A DNA stretch of 64,000 bases from an uncultured Candidatus Rokubacteria bacterium (lineage in GTDB: Bacteria; Methylomirabilota; Methylomirabilia; Rokubacteriales; DASRDR01): positions 160,001-224,000 of the forward strand of contig CAVPSB010000002.1 in NCBI GenBank assembly GCA_963708025.1, in the 5' to 3' direction. Made by a program: the position numbers and the translations under genes. Below, piece by piece: positions 52,106 through 60,819 of the stretch. Every line of letters starts with the position of its first letter. The stretch's first letter is position 1. The notes under the pieces were generated by a model. That model was not told the origin of the DNA. It was given only the letters and a program-made list of their open reading frames with translations, and ran no database searches.

Positions 52106-53059
52106 ATGCGCACGTACGTGCTCAAGCGCCTGCTGCTGGTGGTGCCGACGCTGCTGGGCGTCGCCACGATCGTGTTCGTGCTGCTCCGGGTGGTTCCCGG
52201 CGACGTCGTGCTGCTGCGCCTCGCCGGCGAAGGGGGGAAGGTGGCCGACGAGGTGCTGCGCGCGGAGCGAGCCCGCCTCGGGCTGGACCAGCCCCTCTGG
52301 CGGCAGTACGTGGGCTGGATCTGGGGCCTCGGTCACGGCGAGCTCGGGCTCTCGATGTGGACCGGCCGCCCCGTCACGCAGGAGATCCGGATCCGGCTGC
52401 CGCTGAGCCTCGAGCTGACGCTCCTGGCCACGCTGGTGGCCGTCCTGGTGGCGATCCCTCTCGGCACCCTGGCCGCGCTCCACCGCGCGACCTGGATCGA
52501 CTACCTGCTGCGCGTGCTCACGCTCGCCGGCCTGTCCATGCCGTCGTTCTGGGTCGGGGTCATGCTCGTCCTGGCGCTCCTGCTCCTGTTTCGCTGGAGC
52601 CCCCCGGTCACGTTCACCTCCTTCTGGGACGATCCGGTGGCCAACCTGGCCCAGCTGGTGTGGCCGGCCCTCGTGGTCGGATTGCGGAGCGTGGCCCTCA
52701 CCGCGCGGATGATGCGGTCGGCGCTGCTCGAGGTGCTGGGGGACGACTACGTCCGGACGGCGCGGGCCAAGGGGCTCCCCGAGCGCGCGGTCGTGCGGCG
52801 GCACGCCGTCCGGAACGCGCTGCTGCCGGTGATCACCGTGATCGGCCTGGAGTCGGCCGTGATCCTGGGGGGGCTGGTGGTCACGGAGCAGGTCTTCAAC
52901 CTGAACGGCCTCGGCAAGCTCCTGCTGGAGGCCGTCACCCGGCGCGACTACACGCTGACCCAGGCGCTGATCATGCTCTCCGCCTCCGCCTTCGTGGTCA
53001 TGAACCTCCTCGTCGACCTCTGCTACGCATGGCTGGATCCGCGTATCCGATACCAGTAG
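52106..53059 (+). CDS. Dpp/Opp-type ABC permease (DppB-like)
   Basis: LGLDQPLWRQY, DYVRTARAKGL, RHAVRNA, LDPRI. Confidence 0.9.
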   Translation: MRTYVLKRLLLVVPTLLGVATIVFVLLRVVPGDVVLLRLAGEGGKVADEVLRAERARLGLDQPLWRQYVGWIWGLGHGELGLSMWTGRPVTQEIRIRLPLSLELTLLATLVAVLVAIPLGTLAALHRATWIDYLLRVLTLAGLSMPSFWVGVMLVLALLLLFRWSPPVTFTSFWDDPVANLAQLVWPALVVGLRSVALTARMMRSALLEVLGDDYVRTARAKGLPERAVVRRHAVRNALLPVITVIGLESAVILGGLVVTEQVFNLNGLGKLLLEAVTRRDYTLTQALIMLSASAFVVMNLLVDLCYAWLDPRIRYQ

Positions 53060-53913
53060 CGCTTCCGGCGGGTCTCGGTCGGCGGCGGGTCGGGCGGCTG
53101 CTCCGAGCGTATCCGCTGGGCGTGTTCGGGGCGGTGGTCCTCGTCACGATGACGCTAGCCGCGGTCTTCGCGACCTGGCTCGCGCCCTACGATCCGCTGG
53201 AGACCAACTATGCCATGGTGGTCCGGCCCCCGAGCGCGAGCCACTGGCTGGGGACCGATCACTTCGGGCGGGACGTGCTGAGCCGCCTGATCTTCGGCGC
53301 CCGGACGGCGTTGCTGGTCGGCCTCGTCTCGTCGTTCGTCAGCGCGACGCTCGGCTCCCTGGTCGGGGCGACGACGGCGTACTTCGGCGGGAGGGTGGAC
53401 CTGATCGTCCAGCGGTTCACCGACATCCTCCTCTCCTTCCCGCTGGTGATCCTGGCCATCGCCGTGGTCGCCGCGCTCGGGGCCGGGACCGCCCAGGTCA
53501 TCGCGGCCATCGTCGTCCCCATGGTGCCCCGAGCCACGCGGGTGGTGCGGGCGAGCGCGCTGGCGATCCGGCAGATGCCGTACATCGAGGCCGCCCACGG
53601 CACGGGCGTGGGCGACCTGCGGGTCATCTTTCGCCATCTCCTGCCGAACGTGGTCGCCCCGTACCTCGTCCTGCTGACCGCGTTCCTGGCCGAGGTGATC
53701 GTGCTGGAGGCCAGCCTGAGCTTCCTGGGGCTGGGCGTCGTCGAGCCGACCCCGGCGTGGGGGCTGATGCTGCGGGATTTCGCGGGGTCCTACGCCGAGA
53801 GCGCGCCCTGGCTGCCGCTCGCCCCCGGCGTGGCGATCAGCCTGGGGGTCTTCGGCTTCAACCTCCTGGGGGACGCCGTGCGCGACGCCCTCGATCCTCG
53901 CCTGCGGGGCTGA
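53029..53913 (+). CDS. Dpp/Opp-type ABC permease (DppC-like)
   Basis: HWLGTDHFGRDVLSR, RHLLPN, LSFLGLG, GDAVRDALDP. Confidence 0.9.
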   Translation: MAGSAYPIPVALPAGLGRRRVGRLLRAYPLGVFGAVVLVTMTLAAVFATWLAPYDPLETNYAMVVRPPSASHWLGTDHFGRDVLSRLIFGARTALLVGLVSSFVSATLGSLVGATTAYFGGRVDLIVQRFTDILLSFPLVILAIAVVAALGAGTAQVIAAIVVPMVPRATRVVRASALAIRQMPYIEAAHGTGVGDLRVIFRHLLPNVVAPYLVLLTAFLAEVIVLEASLSFLGLGVVEPTPAWGLMLRDFAGSYAESAPWLPLAPGVAISLGVFGFNLLGDAVRDALDPRLRG

Positions 53914-54668
53914 TGGGACGCCTCGACGGCAAGGTGGTGCTGATCAGCGGCGGCGCCCGGGGCCAGGGCGCGGTCGAGGTCCGGCTCTTCGCCCGCGAGG
54001 GGGCCCGGGTGGTCTTCGGCGACCTCCTGGACACCGAGGGACGGCAGCTCGAGGCCGAGATTCGCGGCGCCGGTGGCGAGGCGACGTACCTCCACCTCGA
54101 CGTCACCCGCGAGGACGACTGGCGGGCCGCGGTGGGCGCGGCGGTGAATCGATACGGGCGCCTGGACGTCTTGGTCAATAACGCCGGCATTCTCCTGCGC
54201 AAGCGCACCGAGGACACCACCGCCGAGGAGTGGGACCGCGTTCTCGCCGTCAACGTCACCGGCGTGTTCTTCGGGACCAAGCACGCGCTCCCCGCCCTGC
54301 GACAGGCCGGCGGTGGCTCGATCGTCAACATCTCGTCCATCGCCGGCCTGGTGGGAAGCGTGTACGGCTCCTCGGCCTACACCGCGACGAAGGGCGCGGT
54401 GCGGCTCTTCACCAAGTCGATCGCGATCCAGCACGCCGGCGAGAACATCCGGTGCAACTCGATCCATCCGGGCCCGATCGACACCGAGATGATGCGCGAC
54501 GTGTTCGGGGATCCGGCGACGCGGGAGGAGCGGCGCAACCGGATCCCGCTGCGACGGATCGGGCGGGCCGAGGACGTCGCGTACGGGGCCCTCTATCTCG
54601 CCTCCGACGAGGCGTCGTTCGTCACGGGGGCCGAGCTGGTCATCGACGGCGGCATCACCGCGCAGTGA
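53913..54668 (+). CDS. Classical short-chain dehydrogenase/reductase
   Basis: SGGARGQG, NNAG, S, YTATK, TG...IDGG. Confidence 0.92.
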   Translation: MGRLDGKVVLISGGARGQGAVEVRLFAREGARVVFGDLLDTEGRQLEAEIRGAGGEATYLHLDVTREDDWRAAVGAAVNRYGRLDVLVNNAGILLRKRTEDTTAEEWDRVLAVNVTGVFFGTKHALPALRQAGGGSIVNISSIAGLVGSVYGSSAYTATKGAVRLFTKSIAIQHAGENIRCNSIHPGPIDTEMMRDVFGDPATREERRNRIPLRRIGRAEDVAYGALYLASDEASFVTGAELVIDGGITAQ

Positions 54669-54680
54669 AGGAACGGAGAG

Positions 54681-54765
54681 CGTGTGAAGGAACGGGGCCG
54701 TCCGGCCCCCCCCTCCCCCCAGTGGGTGGGGGAGGGGGGCTGGGGGGGTAGGCGGGAGGTCGCGA
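54681..54765 (+). repeat. Family A element, copy 3, abutting the MetE-like ATG
   Basis: CCCCCCCCTCCCCCCAGTGGGTGGGGGAGGGGGG...GGGAGGTCGCGA-ATG. Confidence 0.8.
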
Positions 54766-55905
54766 ATGAAGCGGAGCACGGATCGGATCCTGACGACGCA
54801 CACCGGCAGCCTGCCTCGGCCAGCCGAGCTGGTGGACATGCTGCGACGGGCCGAGGCGGGCGAGCCTGGGGACCGGGCGGCGTTCGACGCCGCGGTCCGG
54901 GCGGCCGTGGACGACACCGTCCGCAAGCAGGTCGGGGCCGGCGTGGACGTCGTCAACGACGGTGAGCAGGGAAAGCCGGGGTACGCCACGTACGTCAAGG
55001 ACCGCGTGACCGGCTTCGGGGGGCAGAGCCGGGTGACGACCGTGTGGGCCGAGGGGCGCGACTTCCCCGAGTACGTGGCGCGGCGGACCGGGAACACCCG
55101 GTCGAGCTTCCCGCGGCCCTACTGCGATGGCCCCATCGCCTGGCGGGACTTCGCCGCCGTCCAGCGGGACATCGACACCCTGAAGGCCGCCGTGAAGGGC
55201 GTCGAGGCCGCCGAGGTGTTCATGACCGCCGCCTCGCCGGGCGTGGTCTCGATCTTCCTGGCCAACGAGTACTACCCGAGCCGGGAGAAGTACCTGGAGG
55301 CCATCGCCCGCGTGATGAAGGACGAGTACGAGGCGATCCACGCCGCCGGGTTCGTGCTCCAGCTCGACTGCCCCGACCTGGCGATGAGCCGGCACAACCG
55401 GTTTCCGGACCTGAGCCTCCCGGAGTTCCGCAAGCTCGTCGGGCTCCACGTCGAGGTGCTCAACGAGGCCACCAGGGCGATCCCGCCGGACCGCATGCGG
55501 CTCCACCTCTGCTGGGGGAACTACGAGGGACCGCACCACCTGGACGTGCCGCTCCGGGACATCATCGACCTCGTCCTCCAGGCCCGGCCGGCCGGGATCT
55601 CGTTCGAGGGCGCCAACCCGCGGCACGAGCACGAGTGGAAGATCTGGAAAGAGGTCGAGCTGCCGCCCGGCAAGGTGCTGATTCCCGGCGTCATCGACTC
55701 GACGACCAACTTCATCGAGCACCCGGAGCTGGTGGCGGAGCGGATCGCCCGCTACGCGAGCGCGGTCGGCCGGGAGAACGTCATCGCGGGGACCGACTGC
55801 GGGTTCGGCACGTTCGCCGACAACGACAGCGTGGACGCCCGGATCGCCTGGGCGAAGCTGCGGGCCCTGGCCGAAGGCGCCCGCCTCGCTGGGAGAATGC
55901 CCTGA
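54766..55905 (+). CDS. Third MetE-like (Meth_synt_2) Zn enzyme
   Basis: TTHTGSLPRP, NDGE, LHLCWGN, GTDCGFG; clear paralog of 14355..15498. Confidence 0.9.
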   Translation: MKRSTDRILTTHTGSLPRPAELVDMLRRAEAGEPGDRAAFDAAVRAAVDDTVRKQVGAGVDVVNDGEQGKPGYATYVKDRVTGFGGQSRVTTVWAEGRDFPEYVARRTGNTRSSFPRPYCDGPIAWRDFAAVQRDIDTLKAAVKGVEAAEVFMTAASPGVVSIFLANEYYPSREKYLEAIARVMKDEYEAIHAAGFVLQLDCPDLAMSRHNRFPDLSLPEFRKLVGLHVEVLNEATRAIPPDRMRLHLCWGNYEGPHHLDVPLRDIIDLVLQARPAGISFEGANPRHEHEWKIWKEVELPPGKVLIPGVIDSTTNFIEHPELVAERIARYASAVGRENVIAGTDCGFGTFADNDSVDARIAWAKLRALAEGARLAGRMP

Positions 55906-55910
55906 GCAAT

Positions 55911-56020
55911 CGGATCCTCCGGCCCCCCCCTCCCCCCAGTGGCCACCGGAGGGGCGGGACGCCGCGAGGGCCGAAGGCCTGAGCCGTCCCGGCGATCCGA
56001 TCAAATGAGGGGGGCTGGGG
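55911..56020 (+). repeat. Family A element, copy 4 (divergent lead-in to the tandem array)
   Basis: GGATCCTCCGGCCCCCCCCTCCCCCCAGTGG...GAGGGGGGCTGGGG. Confidence 0.7.
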
Positions 56021-56638
56021 GGGAGGAGGGAGGTCCCGAATGACGGGCAAGGTGGCGGGGCGCGGGGGTCCGTTCCCTCCGGCTCCCCCTCCCCCCAGTG
56101 GGTGGGGGAGGGGGTTGGGGGGGAGGAGGGAGGTCCCGAATGACGGGCAAGGTGGCGGGGCGCGGGGGTCCGTTCCCTCCGGCTCCCCCTCCCCCCAGTG
56201 GGTGGGGGAGGGGGTTGGGGGGGAGGAGGGAGGTCCCGAATGACGGGCAAGGTGGCGGGGCGCGGGGGTCCGTTCCCTCCGGCTCCCCCTCCCCCCAGTG
56301 GGTGGGGGAGGGGGTTGGGGGGGAGGAGGGAGGTCCCGAATGACGGGCAAGGTGGCGGGGCGCGGGGGTCCGTTCCCTCCGGCTCCCCCTCCCCCCAGTG
56401 GGTGGGGGAGGGGGTTGGGGGGAGGAGGGAGGTCCCGAATGACGGGCAAGGTGGCGGGGCGCGGGGGTCCGTTCCCTCCGGCTCCCCCTCCCCCCAGTGG
56501 GTGGGGGAGGGGGTTGGGGGGGAGGAGGGAGGTCCCGAATGACGGGCAAGGTGGCGGGGCGCGGGGGTCCGTTCCCTCCGGCTCCCCCTCCCCCCAGTGG
56601 GTGGGGGAGGGGGTTGGGGGGTAGGAGGGAGGTCCCAA
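56021..56638 (+). repeat. Tandem array of six ~100-bp units plus a partial seventh carrying the RBS of the next gene
   Basis: Units start at 56021, 56121, 56221, 56321, 56421 (99 bp, one G fewer) and 56520; otherwise identical. Confidence 0.95.
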
Positions 56639-57763
56639 ATGACCACGGCTAAGGCGGCGGTGCTCGATCGCCCGCTGGGGACGTTCCGCGTCCAGGAATT
56701 CCGCGTGCCGGAGCCCGAGGCGGGGACGGTGCTGCTGCGCCAGGAGCTGGCGGGCTGCTGCGCCACCGATGCCCACACCTACCTGGGACAGTGGAAGGCC
56801 GAGTTCCCCGTCCTGCTCGGCCACGAGAACGTCGGGATCGTCGAGGCGATCGGCTCGGGCGGCGCGACGGATCTCCTCGGCCGGGAGCTTCGGGTCGGGG
56901 ACCGCATCGTGGCCCGGACCGGCTCCTGCGGCGCCTGCTACGAGTGCCGCGTGGCCCGGCTGCCCCGCCGCTGCCGGAACCTGGGGGTCCGCTACGGCTT
57001 CTCGAACCCCGAGCGGGCCCCGTTCGGCGGGGGCTTCGCCGAGTATCTCTACCTCGGCTCGCCCCGGACGACCTTCATGGTGAAGATCGACATGCGCCCC
57101 TCGATCGCGGCGCTGCACGAGCCGCTGGGCGTCGCGGCGCACGCCATCCGGCGGGCCCCGCCCCGCCTGGGCCACACGGTGGTGGTGCAGGGGAGCGGGA
57201 CGATCGGGCTGCTGACGCTCGGCCTGGCGCGGCGGGCCGGGGCGACGCGGGCCATCGTCGTCGGCGGCCCGGCGGAGCGCCTCGCCCTGGCCCGGGCGCT
57301 CGGCGCCCACGTCACGATCGACATCGGGGAGATCCGGGCCCCCGAGGATCGGATTCGCGCGGTCGTGGGCGAGACGCCGGGTGGGCTCGGCGCCGACGTC
57401 GTCTACGGCTGCGCCGGCAAGGCCGCCGCCTGGACCGAAGGCCTCCACTACCTGCGCGACGGCGAGGGACGCTTCGTCGAGGTGGGGCTCGCCGGCGACG
57501 ACGGGCCGGTGTCGTTCAACCCGGCCACGCAGCTCGTGGCCAGGAACCTGACGCTGATCGGCGCGCTCGGGGCGCTCGACGAGGATTCGGTCACCGCGCT
57601 GCGCGTGATGGAGGCCGGCGAGCTGCCGCTGGAGGGCATGGTGACGCACCAGCTCCCGCTGGAGCGGGTCGGCGACGCCATGGCGGCGCTGAACGGCGAC
57701 TACCGGCTCGACGGCCGCGCGGCCGTGAAGATCGCGATCGCCCCCAACGGTCCCGTCGCGTGA
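56639..57763 (+). CDS. Zn-dependent medium-chain alcohol dehydrogenase
   Basis: C.TD, LGHE, CGACYEC...C structural Zn, GSGTIG. Confidence 0.92.
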   Translation: MTTAKAAVLDRPLGTFRVQEFRVPEPEAGTVLLRQELAGCCATDAHTYLGQWKAEFPVLLGHENVGIVEAIGSGGATDLLGRELRVGDRIVARTGSCGACYECRVARLPRRCRNLGVRYGFSNPERAPFGGGFAEYLYLGSPRTTFMVKIDMRPSIAALHEPLGVAAHAIRRAPPRLGHTVVVQGSGTIGLLTLGLARRAGATRAIVVGGPAERLALARALGAHVTIDIGEIRAPEDRIRAVVGETPGGLGADVVYGCAGKAAAWTEGLHYLRDGEGRFVEVGLAGDDGPVSFNPATQLVARNLTLIGALGALDEDSVTALRVMEAGELPLEGMVTHQLPLERVGDAMAALNGDYRLDGRAAVKIAIAPNGPVA

Positions 57764-57876
57764 TCGCGGGGCACGGCGTCGCGTCGGTGTTCGACCGCAA
57801 CGGAGGCCCGGCCGCTGTCCGGGCCGTGCGAGGTGACGCTCGAAGCGGGGCGCATCCGCCCCGGGGAGGCAGAGCC

Positions 57877-58925
57877 ATGGAACAGTCGCGCGAGCGGACG
57901 GCGTCGCCGATGCGTCGGCGGACATTCCTCCAGACGATCGGGCTGGTCGGTGGGGCGGGGGTCCTGGCCGTGCTCGGGGCCGCCGGGGCCGCCGCCCAGC
58001 CGGCCCGCCCCGAGGTGACGATCAGGTTCGCGAGCCTCTTCAACCCGGATCACTCCGCCTCGCGGGCCGCCGATCGCTTCGCCGAGCTGGTCGCCCGGAA
58101 GACGGCGGGAAGGTGAAGGTCGAGGTCTTCCACAGCGCGTCCCTCGGCAGCGAGCGGGAGGTCGCCGAGGGTGTCCGGTCGGGGAGCATCGACATGGGCT
58201 ATTCCGGGCTGCCCGGCTACGGGAGCTTCGTGCCGGAGCTCCAGATCCTGGAGATGCCCTACCTGTACGAGGACCTGGACGAGGTCCGGTCCGTCGCCGA
58301 GAAGCTGTCGCCCGACCTGGAGCAGCTCCTGGCCGGGGGCGGGCTGCGGCTCGTCGGCTACGTGTTCGACGGCCCGCGGATGACGCTGGCGACCCGGCCG
58401 CTGCGCTCGATCGACGACTTCCGGGGGTTGAAGTTCCGGGTGCCGCAATCCCCGCTCTACGTGACGATGGCGAAAGCGTTCGGGGCCATCCCGACCCCGG
58501 TCGCGTTCCCGGAGGTCTACACGGCGCTCCAGACGAAGATCGCCGAGGCGCTGGAGGGCTCTCCGACCACCCTCTACACCGGCAAGTACTACGAGGTGGC
58601 GAAGAACCTGGTCCGGACGGACCACATCTTCTACGTCGCCTACGTGGCGATGAACCCCGAGCTCTTCAAGAAGCTCCCGGCCGATCACCAGCGGGCGATT
58701 CTCGAGGCGGGCCGCGAGAGCAGCGCGTACAACCTGGAGCTGGCCAAGAAAGGGATCCAGGAGGACCTCGACCGGCTCAAGGCCTCGGGGGTCCAGACCT
58801 TCACGCCGGACAAGGCGCCCTTCCGGATGGCGGTGAAGGACGCCAACGAGAAGTTCGCCGAGAGCCGGGGCGCGCGGGCGCTGCAGCTCTACCAGCGCGT
58901 GAAGGAGTTCACGAAGCGCCCGTGA
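57877..58925 (+). CDS. dctP: TRAP transporter substrate-binding protein with Tat signal, frameshift near 58112
   Basis: RRRTFL twin-arginine; SLGSERE, GLKFRVP, EVYTALQT. Confidence 0.85.
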
Positions 58926-58940
58926 CCCAACATCGCGCTC

Positions 58941-59049
58941 TTCCGGCCCCCCCCTCCCCCCGGCCAAAGGCCGCAGGCCGTCCAACGATGGGGGAGGGGG
59001 GCCAAAGGCCGAAGGCCATCGAAGAATCGGGTAGGAGGGAGGTCCCAAA
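58941..59049 (+). repeat. Family A element, copy 5, abutting dctQ
   Basis: Near-copy of the reverse complement of 15499-15603; ends GGGAGGTCCCAAA-CTG. Confidence 0.8.
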
Positions 59050-59541
59050 CTGCGCATCTACGACGAGGTGGTCCGGACCGCCGCCTTCGTGACCTTCAGC
59101 GTCATGCTCGGCGCCGCGCTGGTCGGCACCGTGACCCGCTACCTCACCTTTCTCCCCGTCGTCTCGTGGGGCGAGGAGGTCACGCGGTACGCGGGGATCT
59201 GGTCGGTGTTCCTCGTCGCGGGCCTCGGTCTCCGACACGGCGCCCACCTGGGCGTGGACCTCGTGACCAGCCGTCTCCCGCCCCGCGTCCGGCGGGGTGT
59301 CTATGTGCTCGTCTACGCCCTCGTCCTCGCCTTCGCCGGGCTCCTGCTGGTGGCGGGAGCCCGGCTGGCCCGCGAGAACATGGGACAGGTTTCACCGACG
59401 CTCGAGTGGCCGATGGGGGCCGTCTATCTCTGCATCCCGATCGGCGCCGGCCTGATGATCGTCGAGACCCTCCGGCTCCTGGGCCGGGCGCTCCGCGGCT
59501 TGCCGCCGCCGCGGCCACCGGTGGACGAGGTCGTCGAGTGA
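59050..59541 (+). CDS. dctQ: TRAP transporter small permease
   Basis: WGEEVTRY, HLGVD, SPTLEWP; start at CTG 59050 or GTG 59068. Confidence 0.85.
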   Translation: MRIYDEVVRTAAFVTFSVMLGAALVGTVTRYLTFLPVVSWGEEVTRYAGIWSVFLVAGLGLRHGAHLGVDLVTSRLPPRVRRGVYVLVYALVLAFAGLLLVAGARLARENMGQVSPTLEWPMGAVYLCIPIGAGLMIVETLRLLGRALRGLPPPRPPVDEVVE

Positions 59542-60819
59542 TCCTGCTCCTCTTCGGGCTCTTCCTCGTGCTCCTGGCGCTCGAGATGCCGATCGCCTTC
59601 GCGATCGGGGTGTCGTCGAGCGCCGTCGTCTTCCTGAGCGAGCGGCTGCCGCCCACCTTCATCGTCTCGAAGATCTTCGCCGGCCTGGACTCCTTCCCGC
59701 TGATGGCCATCCCGTTCTACGTCCTGGCCGGCAACCTGATGAGCGAGGGCGGGCTCACGCTGAAGATCGTCAACTTCGCGAACGCCCTGGTCGGCCACGT
59801 GCGGGGCGGGCTGGCCCACGTGTCCATCGTGGCCGCGGCCATCTTCTCGGGGGTCTCGGGGTCGGCCGCCGCCGACACGGCGGCGATCGGGTCCATCATG
59901 ATCCCTTCCATGAAGAAGCGCGGCTTCCACGCCGACTTCGCCGTCGCGCTGGTGGCCTCGGCCTGCACCATGGGCCCGATCATCCCCCCCAGCATCCTGT
60001 TCATCGTCTACGGCTCGCTGGCCCAGGTGTCGGTCGGGCAGCTGTTCCTGGCCGGCTTCCTTCCCGGCGTGCTCATGGCGCTGATGCTGATGGCCTTCGT
60101 CTACGTCATCGCGCGGCGGCGGGGGTACGCGCCGGCCCACGCCGCAGTTCTCGGGCGAGCGGGCGCTCCAGACCCTCGGCGGCGCCGGCTGGGCGCTGCT
60201 CGTCCCGGTGATCATCATCGGCGGCATCGTGGGTGGCTTCTTCACGCCCACCGAAGCCGGGGTGATCGCGGTCGTCTACGCGCTCTTCGTGGCGATGGTG
60301 ATCCAGCGCACGGTCCGGCCGCGGGACCTGCGGCGCATCTTCCTCGACTCGGCGATCGTGACGAGCATCGTCATGCTCATCCTTGGTCCGGCGACCGTGT
60401 TCGGCTCGCTGCTGATCCGGGCCCACTTCCCCGAGCAGGTCCTGGCCGTGCTCACCCGGCTCACCAGCGACGCGACGCTGTCGATCTTCCTCATGATGGG
60501 CTTCATCCTCGCCCTCGGCTTCTTCGTCAACGTCATGGTCATGATCATCATGTTCGCCCAGCCGTTCGCCGAGGTGGCGGCGCGCCTGGGCTACGACCCG
60601 ATTCACTTCGGCGTCGTGTTCACGCTGGCGGCCACGATCGGCGGGATCACCCCACCGGTCGGCTCGCTCCTCTTCGTCGCGTGCAGCATCGGGCGGATCG
60701 GGCTGGCCGAGGCGTCGCGGGCCATCTGGCCCTTCGTCCTGGCCCTGGTGCTGGTGACGGCCGTGCTGATCCTCTTCCCCTCGGTGAGCACGATCGTGCC
60801 CCGGCTGGTGTTCCAGTGA
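59538..60819 (+). CDS. dctM: TRAP transporter large permease, frameshift near 60145
   Basis: SFPLMAIPF, FSGVSGSAAAD, IIPPSI, TPTEA, DPIHFG, ITPPVG. Confidence 0.88.

Noticed and set aside
56021-56638. Tandem array as a CRISPR array
   Set aside because: Units are identical end to end, with no unique spacers and no cas genes.
54655-57925. Long Pro/Gly-rich repetitive ORFs across the array
   Set aside because: These are translations of the 100-bp repeat and antisense shadows of real genes.
10952-60819. About 11 frameshifts (VOC, two MetE-like, SBP x2, chrA, lon x3, dctP, dctM) as programmed frameshifting or mass pseudogenisation
   Set aside because: They are isolated indels with no shared slippery motif and no accompanying nonsense decay; most likely sequencing or assembly errors. 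Read polishing would decide.
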